From contig JBHLKY010000038.1 in NCBI GenBank assembly GCA_048886185.1, forward strand, positions 13,573-25,900: a stretch of 12,328 nt of DNA, in the 5' to 3' direction. The notes below the pieces were generated by a model. That model was not told the origin of the DNA. It was given only the letters and a program-made list of their open reading frames with translations, and made no database searches. This document shows positions 1 to 7,878 of this stretch, one piece after another. The position numbers were made by a program, and so were the translations under genes. The stretch is from Candidatus Hermodarchaeota archaeon. Its GTDB lineage: Archaea; Asgardarchaeota; Heimdallarchaeia; Hodarchaeales; Hodarchaeaceae. How positions within the stretch are numbered: the first letter of the stretch is position 1; each line of letters starts with the position of its first letter.

Positions 1-326
1 TTCCAATAAAGTCCTCGTTCACCCATTAACATGGCTCCAATTGACGCTTTAATTTTATTTTCTTGATCAGGAGAATACCCATTAACAGTAAAGTTACCCG
101 ATGTTGGTAATAAGAGTGTTGTCAAACATTTAATTATAGTTGTCTTTCCTGCTCCATTAGGACCCAGTAATCCTACAAACGCCCCTTTTTCTACTTGAAA
201 AGAGAGATTATTAAGAGCAACAACACGTCGTGATTCTTTTGATTTTCCCCTCAATTTTTGAAATATTGATGGAGACCGTTCATAGATTTTCGTTAGATTA
301 TTAACAGTAATAATATTATTAGTCAT
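1..326 (-). CDS. ABC transporter ATP-binding protein (DrrA/NodI-like exporter ATPase), 3' end truncated by window edge; absent from the ORF track
   Basis: Manual translation from ATG at 326: MTNNIITVNNLTKIYERSPSIFQKLRGKSKESRRVVALNNLSFQVEKGAFVGLLGPNGAGKTTIIKCLTTLLLPTSGNFTVNGYSPDQENKIKASIGAMLMGERGLYW. Walker A GPNGAGKT; AAGGAG RBS (+ strand ctcctt, 339-344); frame open to the edge. Confidence 0.93.
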   Translation of the reverse strand, partial: MTNNIITVNNLTKIYERSPSIFQKLRGKSKESRRVVALNNLSFQVEKGAFVGLLGPNGAGKTTIIKCLTTLLLPTSGNFTVNGYSPDQENKIKASIGAMLMGERGLYW

Positions 327-488
327 TTATTGTAAAAACTCCTTAGAATTGAAAGAGACCCTTCTACTTATCTAGCTCCTCTTTTTCGTTGATAATTAAT
401 CTGTTGCCAATGAAACCTGATCTATACCTTGATATATTCTATAGATGTTATGTTTTTCTATTCTTTTACCTATACATGAGTGATATGA

Positions 489-1310
489 CTAAAAAGCCAT
501 AAATAGGACATAGATTCCTCCTACAGCATTTGCTACTAGGTGAGTGATCAATAAGAATCTAATGTCTCTTTTATACCATACCAAGTAGACTACTGGAAGA
601 AGGGCTAGAATCCTTACTGGATTTTCCCATGGTGAAAAAAAATGATACACTGAAAAGAGGATTACATTTAATAATGGTGCATATCCTTTCACATGCTCTT
701 CCATACGTGGTAGTAGGTATCCTCGAAAATAAAACTCTTCCACAATAGTTAAAGTCGTTGCTGGTAAAATAAAGTTCATGATCGCCAATAATTGGGCTCC
801 TGCATATGTTTTTAAATTCGATAACACCGTCGGGTCATGTATAATGACTTGAAAGTTGTATTCTTGTGGATACCAACTGAAGAAAGTATCTATTATAAAT
901 GGTTGCACAAGTGGAGCTACTACTAAGTACATGATCAATGTAAAAGCTATTAGAATGGGGATGAGTACAAAATATTGCCAGATCGGGCTTTTCTCTGTAT
1001 ATCTTATGAGCCTTTCATGTGGTTCTATTTTTTCCAATTTTCTTTTCTCTTTTACTAACCAGAGTACTTCGACCAAAATTAAGGTTGTAGCCGCTAGGTA
1101 ACCAAAAACAGGACCAAGATTTGGATCAATTCCAAAGAATTTGACTACTACGGGTTGAGAAAACAAAATTAATCCTATAAATAGTAATACTCCAGGAAGT
1201 AGATGAAGCATAATGAGAAATCCAAGTGAATATTGATATGTTGAAACTGTATCGTTTCCTAATTGTACTCTTTTTTTATACTGTTCTGACAAGTTTCTAA
1301 GATTTAGCAC
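489..1310 (-). CDS. CPBP family intramembrane glutamic endopeptidase (Abi/CAAX protease-like)
   Basis: Motif 1 EEFYFRG, motif 2 FSVYH and motif 3 HLVAN, with multiple hydrophobic TM segments. The GTG start is uncertain. Confidence 0.9.
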   Translation of the reverse strand: MLNLRNLSEQYKKRVQLGNDTVSTYQYSLGFLIMLHLLPGVLLFIGLILFSQPVVVKFFGIDPNLGPVFGYLAATTLILVEVLWLVKEKRKLEKIEPHERLIRYTEKSPIWQYFVLIPILIAFTLIMYLVVAPLVQPFIIDTFFSWYPQEYNFQVIIHDPTVLSNLKTYAGAQLLAIMNFILPATTLTIVEEFYFRGYLLPRMEEHVKGYAPLLNVILFSVYHFFSPWENPVRILALLPVVYLVWYKRDIRFLLITHLVANAVGGIYVLFMAF

Positions 1311-1663
1311 AGGATGACACCAGATTAAATGATTTTATTCTAAATTTGGTAATTTTTTTTTACTTTTTGAACTTTATCAATAAAAAAAATTAAAAATATA
1401 AATAATTTGCTTTTTCATTAGTAAACCCAGTAATAATAGTTCTATTATGGCGTTTTAATAATGTTTCTCCAAATCCTAAGCAACCTATAAATATTGATTA
1501 ACAAGGGCTTCCTATCTAAAACATTGAGTATTCGTAAAAGTATGAGTCAATTGGGGGAGAAAAAAAGAAAGATAGATAATTTGCCTAGCAGACTTCATTA
1601 CTTTACTTTATGTATCTTATGCTGTTAATATTTTTGTTATAGGATTCAAGGAAATTATAGATT

Positions 1664-1750
1664 TTACTCTTTTCTTCCTCGGATCCTCGATCTAAATCCT
1701 AAAGCAGAGAGAAGGCCAATAAGTACAATAAATAGTTCAAAACTCGGAGT
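1664..1750 (-). other. C-terminal sorting signal (PGF-CTERM-like: TPSFE + TM helix + basic tail)
   Basis: TPSFE LFIVLIGLLSALGF RSRIRGRKE has the tripartite motif/TM/basic layout of archaeal CTERM signals. The motif is PSF rather than PGF. Confidence 0.7.
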
Positions 1751-3355
1751 ATTTTCTGATCCTATTGTTTTTTCTGATTCAGTTGTCATTTCTGATTCAA
1801 TTGTTGTTTCTGATGTTAACGTGGATAAATAGCCATCAATATCAAAGCGAAAGAGGAAACCATCTGAATATCCTCTGATTGTAGGCTGATAAGCATTGCT
1901 GGTTGTAAAGAAATTCACTGATTGTGTAAAACCTACAATATAAAGATAATCATTGCTAAGATATTGATCCCAAGGATGATCTATTTCTCCCCCTCCTAAA
2001 TAAGTCCCAAAGAAGGGTTGACCAGTTGGAGATATCATCATCATAATAATGTCACACCGGCCGTGAATTTCTTCTTGGAATGCATCTAAGATGGGAAAAC
2101 CATCCGCATAAATATCTGCGTATCCACTAACGATGATATTATCTTTTAAATCAATATTTACGTTGAAAACGCCATCCCAACCCGATCCACCAAAATAGCT
2201 AGAAAAAATTAGTTCTTGACCGTCTGCGCTGAATTTTGTAACAAAACCGTTCCTCATACTATCAGTATAATTCGCTTTCCACGCGTTTATTGTGGGGAAA
2301 TCAGTAGACAAAGTTTGACCAGCTATAATGATATTTCCTACTGAATCAGTCGCAAGTCCAAAATTATAATCAGAGTGTGAACCCCCAAAGTAAGTAGCAT
2401 AGATCATTTGGCCAGAAGAATTATATTTTGCAATGAAGGTGTCGCTATGGGTACTACTTATAGAACTTTGGTAAGCATTTGTTGTTATAGGAAAGTTTGA
2501 GCTCAAGGTTGATCCCGTAACAATAATGTTGCCTTGGGCATCTATAGTAACCTCGTTTATCGAATCATTATTAGTACCACCAAGGAAAGTTGAGTACAAA
2601 ATCGTAGAACAATTTGGTGACAAACGCATGAAAAATCCATCTGCCCCGCCGCCAAGGACTGGTTGATCAGCACTTGTTGTCACTGGAAAATTAGCAGAAG
2701 TAGTTCTACCTGAGACAATTAGATTGCCCGATGAGTCAAGGTCAACACTATCAACGGCATCCTCTCCACTGGCACCAAGATAGCTCGAATAAATCATTGA
2801 TCCATTTGAAGAAAACTTTGATATAAAAATATCATAATTACTAGAGTAATCTTTTTGGTATGCGTTATCAGTAGTAGGGAAATCACTAGATTTTGTCATC
2901 CCTAGAACAATAATATTATCGGATTCTACTGTTATTACCAATTTTCCTCCATCCATGTAGGTTCCACCTAAAAAAGTAGACCATAGGAGTTGTCCATCTT
3001 TATCAAATTTCGTAAGGAAAGCATCACCGCCAACATTATGAACATCATTACCCCCACCAGCAAAAGTATCCTGAAAAGCATTCCTAACTGGAAAATTGGA
3101 AGATAAAGTATTTCCAGTGACAATAATGTTCTCTTCTGAATCAATAGCCACATCTTTTATCGTTTCTTCAATATCAACTTCTGAGTATGGAAGACCATCT
3201 CCTCCTAGATAGGAAGAATATGTAAAATCACCAATATCAACCTGCAGTCTTAAACTCTGACATGACTTAAATGTAGACGTACAACTGACAATAACTATGT
3301 TCAGTAGTAGAATAACCATAATGTTTCCTATAATTAATTTCGTTTTAGTGTTCAT
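1664..3355 (-). CDS. SBBP-repeat (7-bladed beta-propeller) cell-surface protein with signal peptide, S/T/E-rich linker and C-terminal membrane anchor
   Basis: Seven repeats of type (D)xxGNIIVxGxTxSxxFP (e.g. IDSEENIIVTGNTLSSNFP, LDSSGNLIVSGRTTSANFP, IDAQGNIIVTGSTLSSNFP, TDSVGNIIIAGQTLSTDFP) with STYLGG/D.F..K segments. N-terminal K-rich then hydrophobic signal; C-terminal TPSFE-TM-RSRIRGRKE; GAGG RBS at 3364-3367 on the - strand. Confidence 0.9.
   Translation of the reverse strand: MNTKTKLIIGNIMVILLLNIVIVSCTSTFKSCQSLRLQVDIGDFTYSSYLGGDGLPYSEVDIEETIKDVAIDSEENIIVTGNTLSSNFPVRNAFQDTFAGGGNDVHNVGGDAFLTKFDKDGQLLWSTFLGGTYMDGGKLVITVESDNIIVLGMTKSSDFPTTDNAYQKDYSSNYDIFISKFSSNGSMIYSSYLGASGEDAVDSVDLDSSGNLIVSGRTTSANFPVTTSADQPVLGGGADGFFMRLSPNCSTILYSTFLGGTNNDSINEVTIDAQGNIIVTGSTLSSNFPITTNAYQSSISSTHSDTFIAKYNSSGQMIYATYFGGSHSDYNFGLATDSVGNIIIAGQTLSTDFPTINAWKANYTDSMRNGFVTKFSADGQELIFSSYFGGSGWDGVFNVNIDLKDNIIVSGYADIYADGFPILDAFQEEIHGRCDIIMMMISPTGQPFFGTYLGGGEIDHPWDQYLSNDYLYIVGFTQSVNFFTTSNAYQPTIRGYSDGFLFRFDIDGYLSTLTSETTIESEMTTESEKTIGSENTPSFELFIVLIGLLSALGFRSRIRGRKE
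1753..1814. repeat. Four-copy 18-bp-period degenerate tandem repeat in the SBBP linker
   Basis: TTTCTGAT recurs at 1753, 1771, 1789 and 1807 (exact 18-bp period), encoding TSETTI/ESEMTT/ESEKTI/GSENTP. Confidence 0.85.
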
Positions 3356-3673
3356 TTTTCATTCCTCGATAACCATCGTGCATTTTCTTCATGTTTCTGG
3401 ATAAAATCTCTTACAATTAAGGAGGAAGAAATATATTTTAATTGACAGATAGTAGTTTCATTGTTGAAAGTATCTTCTCCTCTCTCTGATAAACCCTAAC
3501 AACAACAATGATAAATATGAGAGTCTCTATCGGATTAAAAAAATGTATTCAGATATAAGTTTGTCTCTCTAGGGGATAAGATATGGGAAATCATGAGAAA
3601 GATTCAATTAATCAATATTGTGACTAACGGAACAATTATATTACTTTTTTTTTTAGCCAACAAGTAAAAGAAA

Positions 3674-3689
3674 AAACCATAAATGGTTT
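3674..3689. promoter_or_regulatory. Perfect inverted repeat AAACCAT-AA-ATGGTTT in the divergent SBBP/Lrp intergenic region; candidate operator
   Basis: 7-bp arms with a 2-nt spacer, 65 bp upstream of the regulator ATG. Function is inferred only. Confidence 0.35.
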
Positions 3690-3754
3690 CAGATACTAGA
3701 ATGAAAATTAGGAATGGCTCTGCTTACAAACCTGTTGATGAGTTGTACGGTTAG

Positions 3755-4666
3755 ATGGATGGATTAGATCGACAAATCCTATTAGATCTTAGTGATAATT
3801 GTCGTGTTACGTATCAAGGAATGGCCCAAAAGCATAATGTTTCCGCTAATGCGATAAAAAAGCGTGTGACGAAATTACTGTCATTAGGTGTAATTGAAGG
3901 TTTTTTTGTTGAGTTAACTTACGCTATGATTGATGCAGAACCTTGCATGGCCATTGTGACAACTGATGGTACTGAAGATGAAAGTTTTATTGAAACGATA
4001 GGTAATAACCCTCTTGCTGGACCTATTGGAAAATTGACAGGGAGTATGTACAATATAATTGGTGTTTATCAAGGAAGTTCATCGTTAGCAGAATTAGGTT
4101 CTTCAATTAGGAATATACCTTGTGTTATCAATGTTGAACTACACCCCTTAATATTATTTAAAGGCAATAAAATAGATTTCTCTGTTACTGAGAAAAAAGT
4201 TCTCCAATATTTGGTATCAGATCCAAGAATGGCTATTAGTGAGGTTGCTAAAAAGTCTGGTCTTACCTCTAGAACGGTGCGTAATACTATTAATGAACTT
4301 ATTAGTGGGAGCGGTGTTCATTTTGGTATACACATGAATCCTTCTGCAGGAACTGGGATAACAGTAATGATTAGAATCCATTGGGAAGAAAAGGCGATAA
4401 ATGTAGGAGAAGTACTCACTTACCTTTCTAAAACTTTCCCTGAGGAGTTTTTTGTTCCTCTTCTGTCAGCAACAAATCCATTAGTGTTTGCCATCTTTTT
4501 AACTTCTGATTTAAGAAGAATACAGGAAATTAATCAAATCCTAAGACAAAAAACCGAATTCACAACAATCATAACTTATTTAGGAGAACCTGCACGTCTA
4601 TTTCCTGATCTAAAACAACTTAGACTCAAAGAAATACTTTCTGAGGCTGGATTTCCAGCTAAATAA
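3755..4666 (+). CDS. Lrp/AsnC-family transcriptional regulator with two tandem winged-HTH + RAM-like units
   Basis: N-terminal MDGLDRQILLDLSDNCRVTYQGMAQKHNVSANAIKKRVTKLLSLGVIEGF and a second HTH TEKKVLQYLVSDPRMAISEVAKKSGLTSRTVRNTINEL; 303 aa is about twice a single Lrp unit. Confidence 0.88.
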   Translation: MDGLDRQILLDLSDNCRVTYQGMAQKHNVSANAIKKRVTKLLSLGVIEGFFVELTYAMIDAEPCMAIVTTDGTEDESFIETIGNNPLAGPIGKLTGSMYNIIGVYQGSSSLAELGSSIRNIPCVINVELHPLILFKGNKIDFSVTEKKVLQYLVSDPRMAISEVAKKSGLTSRTVRNTINELISGSGVHFGIHMNPSAGTGITVMIRIHWEEKAINVGEVLTYLSKTFPEEFFVPLLSATNPLVFAIFLTSDLRRIQEINQILRQKTEFTTIITYLGEPARLFPDLKQLRLKEILSEAGFPAK

Positions 4667-5041
4667 TATGAACCTTTTAGTTCGAAAATGTGCCTCAGAT
4701 TCAGCTTATGAAGTTCAGTTTTCAGCTAACAAAAAATCAGCTAATAATGCATTCAAGCAAGTGAAAAATTGTTCCAACCATTGCGTAGGTTGTACACTAG
4801 AAGTGTAACATTTAGTTGCCTTTTTTAGATTCCAACTGTATATAGAACTTTTCTCTTTAAATTTTGGCAGATTTCTTTTCGATAATTCTAGCTCAAAATT
4901 GTCCTCAATATTTCACTTTTTTGCACTAAAAGCGGATGAATAAGTCCCAATTCTGAACATGCCTACTCCCAATACTATTAATTAGTAAAAAAGAATGGTT
5001 TAGACGGTTGTAAAACCAAAGAATTAAAGGATTGATAAAAA

Positions 5042-5245
5042 ATGAGTGAAAAAACAAATTGGTCTAAAATCCAGAATTTAGTTTTGTTAGCACTTCCGCT
5101 GGCAATGGGAGTCTCAACAATCATTTTAGCAATAGTATCCGCAGTACAAGGTACCCCACAACCAGATATGAGCTTAGTATTGGGATTAGGAATTTCTTGT
5201 TTAGCAATTTATGGTTTAGATAAAGAAACAGATACCGAATCCTAA
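5042..5245 (+). CDS. Small two-TM membrane protein, hypothetical
   Basis: Two hydrophobic helices (LVLLALPLAMGVSTIILAIV; MSLVLGLGISCLAIYGL) with an acidic tail; AAGGA RBS upstream. Confidence 0.75.
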   Translation: MSEKTNWSKIQNLVLLALPLAMGVSTIILAIVSAVQGTPQPDMSLVLGLGISCLAIYGLDKETDTES

Positions 5246-5305
5246 ACTAGGTTTTTTATCACTTTTAAAGTGCAGTGACAATCAAAAACAAGGATTAAAA
5301 ATGAA

Positions 5306-5713
5306 ATGGACATAATTAATCTTCAAGATCACTACTCTAAACTTAAAAAAGATCTCAATCAGTTTCAAAATGCATCAGGATCTCCAGATGAACTAACAAG
5401 GATGTTATTTTATTCTGATTGGATTAGAATATTTTTTACAGGAAATACCTCAACGAAACAGATTTCTATTCAAGTTGAAGTCATAACTGCAAAGATCCCA
5501 ACCCTGAAAGATAATACCAAAATGCATCTTGTATTGGAAACACATATACATCATCTACACTACCTTTTACATCTTTTTGATAAAGGATTCACCCTTGATT
5601 TTATAGTTGAAGAAGGAATATGGTTTGCTGTAAAAAATATTTCAATCGAACCATCTCAACAACTTATGGAAGAGTTATTTCATTCTGAATATCAATTCTT
5701 TGAGTGTGGTTAA
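5306..5713 (+). CDS. Hypothetical protein (135 aa, alpha/beta, His-rich helix)
   Basis: AAGGA RBS, protein-like composition, co-oriented between the small membrane gene and the ABC ATPase. No family recognised. Confidence 0.72.
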   Translation: MDIINLQDHYSKLKKDLNQFQNASGSPDELTRMLFYSDWIRIFFTGNTSTKQISIQVEVITAKIPTLKDNTKMHLVLETHIHHLHYLLHLFDKGFTLDFIVEEGIWFAVKNISIEPSQQLMEELFHSEYQFFECG

Positions 5714-5759
5714 TTCAAATGATAGAAAAATAATGGATTGAAAAATGGAGATAATTTAA

Positions 5760-6500
5760 TTGAAGCAAAATGGAATAAAAGTAACTAATCTAGTTAAAAA
5801 ATTTGGTGATTTACTAGCAGTAGATGACTTGAGTTTTGAAGTTAAATCAGGTGAGTCATTTGGTTTGTTGGGACCAAATGGGGCTGGTAAATCTACTACG
5901 ATCAATATTATGACTGGGTTATTACACCAAACATCAGGTACAGCAATAATTGGAGGGTATGATGTTAGGAGTAATCCCCAGAAAATTCGGGAAATGATTG
6001 GTGTTTGTCCTCAAGAACCTGCATTTTATTCATATCTTACTGGTCGTGAAAATGTAGAGTTTTTTGGTAATCTTCATGGGATGCCAAAAGATTTATTGAA
6101 ACAACGGACTGACAAATTATTAGAATTGGTAGGTTTAGTTGAAGGTGCAACCCGGCAAGCTGGGAAATATAGTGGAGGGATGATTCGAAGGATAAGCTTG
6201 GTTATGGCTCTTATTAATGATCCTGAAATCGCATTCTTAGATGAACCAACTGTTGCCATGGATGTACAATCAAGAAGAGCTACTTGGGAATTTATTAAGG
6301 AATTAAAAAGTCAAGGAAAAACTGTTATATTAACAACCCATTACATTGAAGAAGCAGAATCACTTTGCGATCGAGTGGGGATCATTGATCGTGGAACCTT
6401 GATTGCTCTTGATACTCCACAAGCTTTAATGAAATCACATGAAGCAAAGGACTTAGAAGAGGTCTTTCTAAAAATTACTGGTCGAAAAATTAGGGAATAA
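5760..6500 (+). CDS. ABC transporter ATP-binding protein (DrrA/NodI-type exporter)
   Basis: Walker A GPNGAGKS, Q-loop CPQE, signature YSGGM, Walker B IAFLDE and H-switch LTTH. TTG start with GGAG 9 nt upstream. Confidence 0.95.
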   Translation: MKQNGIKVTNLVKKFGDLLAVDDLSFEVKSGESFGLLGPNGAGKSTTINIMTGLLHQTSGTAIIGGYDVRSNPQKIREMIGVCPQEPAFYSYLTGRENVEFFGNLHGMPKDLLKQRTDKLLELVGLVEGATRQAGKYSGGMIRRISLVMALINDPEIAFLDEPTVAMDVQSRRATWEFIKELKSQGKTVILTTHYIEEAESLCDRVGIIDRGTLIALDTPQALMKSHEAKDLEEVFLKITGRKIRE

Positions 6501-7654
6501 TGGTGAAAAAGATGAAAATTCAACGAATTAATGCAATTGTGAAAAAAGATATGAAGAAACTCATTAGGGTTCCCGCAACTCTCTTTATGGCCCTATTATT
6601 TCCACTTATAATTACAGGTGCTTTTGGATTAGCATTTGGAGGAGGAAATCTAGCTGGATCAACAGTATACACTATTGGTATCGTCGATTTAGATGACTCA
6701 ACATGGTCAAATTTATTTATTGGAAACCTTTCTACAAGTGAAGTACTCATTAACCAATCTTATGATTCAAATGATACTGCTCAAGCTGATTTAACACAGG
6801 GAAAAGTAGATGCTGTTATTATAATTCCTGATAATTTTGGAGTAAGTATTGATTCTTACTGGATTAACCCATTAAATGCTAGTACATGGGAAAATACTAC
6901 CATTGGAATATTTGTCGATCGAGGTTCTCTAATAGTAAGCAATGCCTTACCTCCTCTGATTCACCAAATCCTGTTGACAACCCTCTATGGTGAACAGGCA
7001 TTGAGTGTTGCTAACCCTGTAACACTAGGTAACCCATCAGGTGTTAAATCCTCACATTTCAGCCAATTTGATTATATGACTCCAGGGATGTTTGCATTCG
7101 CTGCCATCTTTCTTATCTTAATTGTCGCAGAGGGATTTACTGAGGAACGTACTGCTGGGATTCTGAGACGTATACAATTAACCCCGACTACTTCTGCAGA
7201 GGTTATCACTGGAAGTACTATTGCTTATATGATAACAGGAACACTTCAGATTGCTATTGTGTTCTTAGCTGCTGGATTTATGGGATTTAGTGTTGGAACA
7301 GATCCGATTAGAATATTATTTGCTTTTATTTTAGTATTATTACTAGTATTATGCAATGTAGGATTTGGATTAATTGCAGCAACATTGGCAAAAAGTCCAG
7401 GAGCAGCAACGGGAATTAGCTTCATATTCATTCTTCCCCAAATGTTTTTTGGAACATTTGTACCAATATCTAGTGAATTGATAAAACTCGTTCCAAGTTA
7501 TTATGTTACAGACGCCTTAACCTCAATTTTTCTTCGTGGAGCAGAAATAACCAGTGAAATAGTTATTCTTGATTTCATTATAATATTCGGTTATTGTATA
7601 GTCATTGTCATCGCTGGAATCTTTATATTTGCTAAATTCGGACGAGAGAGATAA
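6500..7654 (+). CDS. ABC-2 type transporter permease with extracytoplasmic loop domain
   Basis: One N-terminal TM, an extracellular domain (GIVDLD...GKVDAVIIIPDNF), FDYMTPG, EERTAGILRRIQLTP, then 5 further TMs. TAATG stop/start overlap with the ATPase indicates translational coupling. Confidence 0.93.
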   Translation: MVKKMKIQRINAIVKKDMKKLIRVPATLFMALLFPLIITGAFGLAFGGGNLAGSTVYTIGIVDLDDSTWSNLFIGNLSTSEVLINQSYDSNDTAQADLTQGKVDAVIIIPDNFGVSIDSYWINPLNASTWENTTIGIFVDRGSLIVSNALPPLIHQILLTTLYGEQALSVANPVTLGNPSGVKSSHFSQFDYMTPGMFAFAAIFLILIVAEGFTEERTAGILRRIQLTPTTSAEVITGSTIAYMITGTLQIAIVFLAAGFMGFSVGTDPIRILFAFILVLLLVLCNVGFGLIAATLAKSPGAATGISFIFILPQMFFGTFVPISSELIKLVPSYYVTDALTSIFLRGAEITSEIVILDFIIIFGYCIVIVIAGIFIFAKFGRER

Positions 7655-7670
7655 TCTCTCTCATTTTTTT
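7644..7670 (+). terminator. Hairpin + T7 intrinsic-type terminator overlapping the permease stop codon
   Basis: GAGAGAGA (7644-7651), loop TAA (the stop codon), TCTCTCTC (7655-7662), then A and TTTTTTT (7664-7670). Confidence 0.65.
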
Positions 7671-7843
7671 CTATACATCTTGAATTTGTATTTAATCATC
7701 AAAGATTATCTTTTGTTTTGTTCACGATTCCGACAAAAATCTTAGGGTAATAATCTTTTTTCTATTTTTATTCGAGAAATCAAATCAGTTTTGTACCAAA
7801 AAATAAATATCCCTTAATGAGTAAGATTATCGCAACCTTTGAC

Positions 7844-7850
7844 TTATAAA
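7844..7850 (+). promoter_or_regulatory. Candidate archaeal TATA box (TTATAAA) for the 8005 gene
   Basis: Matches TTATAWA; would place the TSS near 7870-7875. No clear purine-rich BRE immediately upstream. Confidence 0.4.
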
Positions 7851-7878
7851 CCGCAGTGGATCGTTGAGTGGATAAGAA

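Noticed and set aside
856-1101. 81-aa + strand ORF
   Set aside because: Antisense shadow inside the CPBP gene; no recognisable motifs.
2968-3153. 61-aa - strand ORF
   Set aside because: Alternate frame within the SBBP gene, whose repeats are intact in the main frame.
6074-7431. Four short - strand ORFs (6074-6259, 6341-6523, 6520-6750, 7246-7431)
   Set aside because: Antisense shadows of the well-supported ABC ATPase and permease.
7701-7758. AAAGAT-T-ATCTTT palindrome and AAAGATTA/TAATCTTT inverted repeat
   Set aside because: Very AT-rich, with overlapping alternative pairings; cannot be distinguished from chance.
7825-7876. SAM-I riboswitch resemblance (TTATC...GCAACC...GATAAG)
   Set aside because: Spacing is far too short, and the AGA/P2 kink-turn/GUGC core elements are absent.
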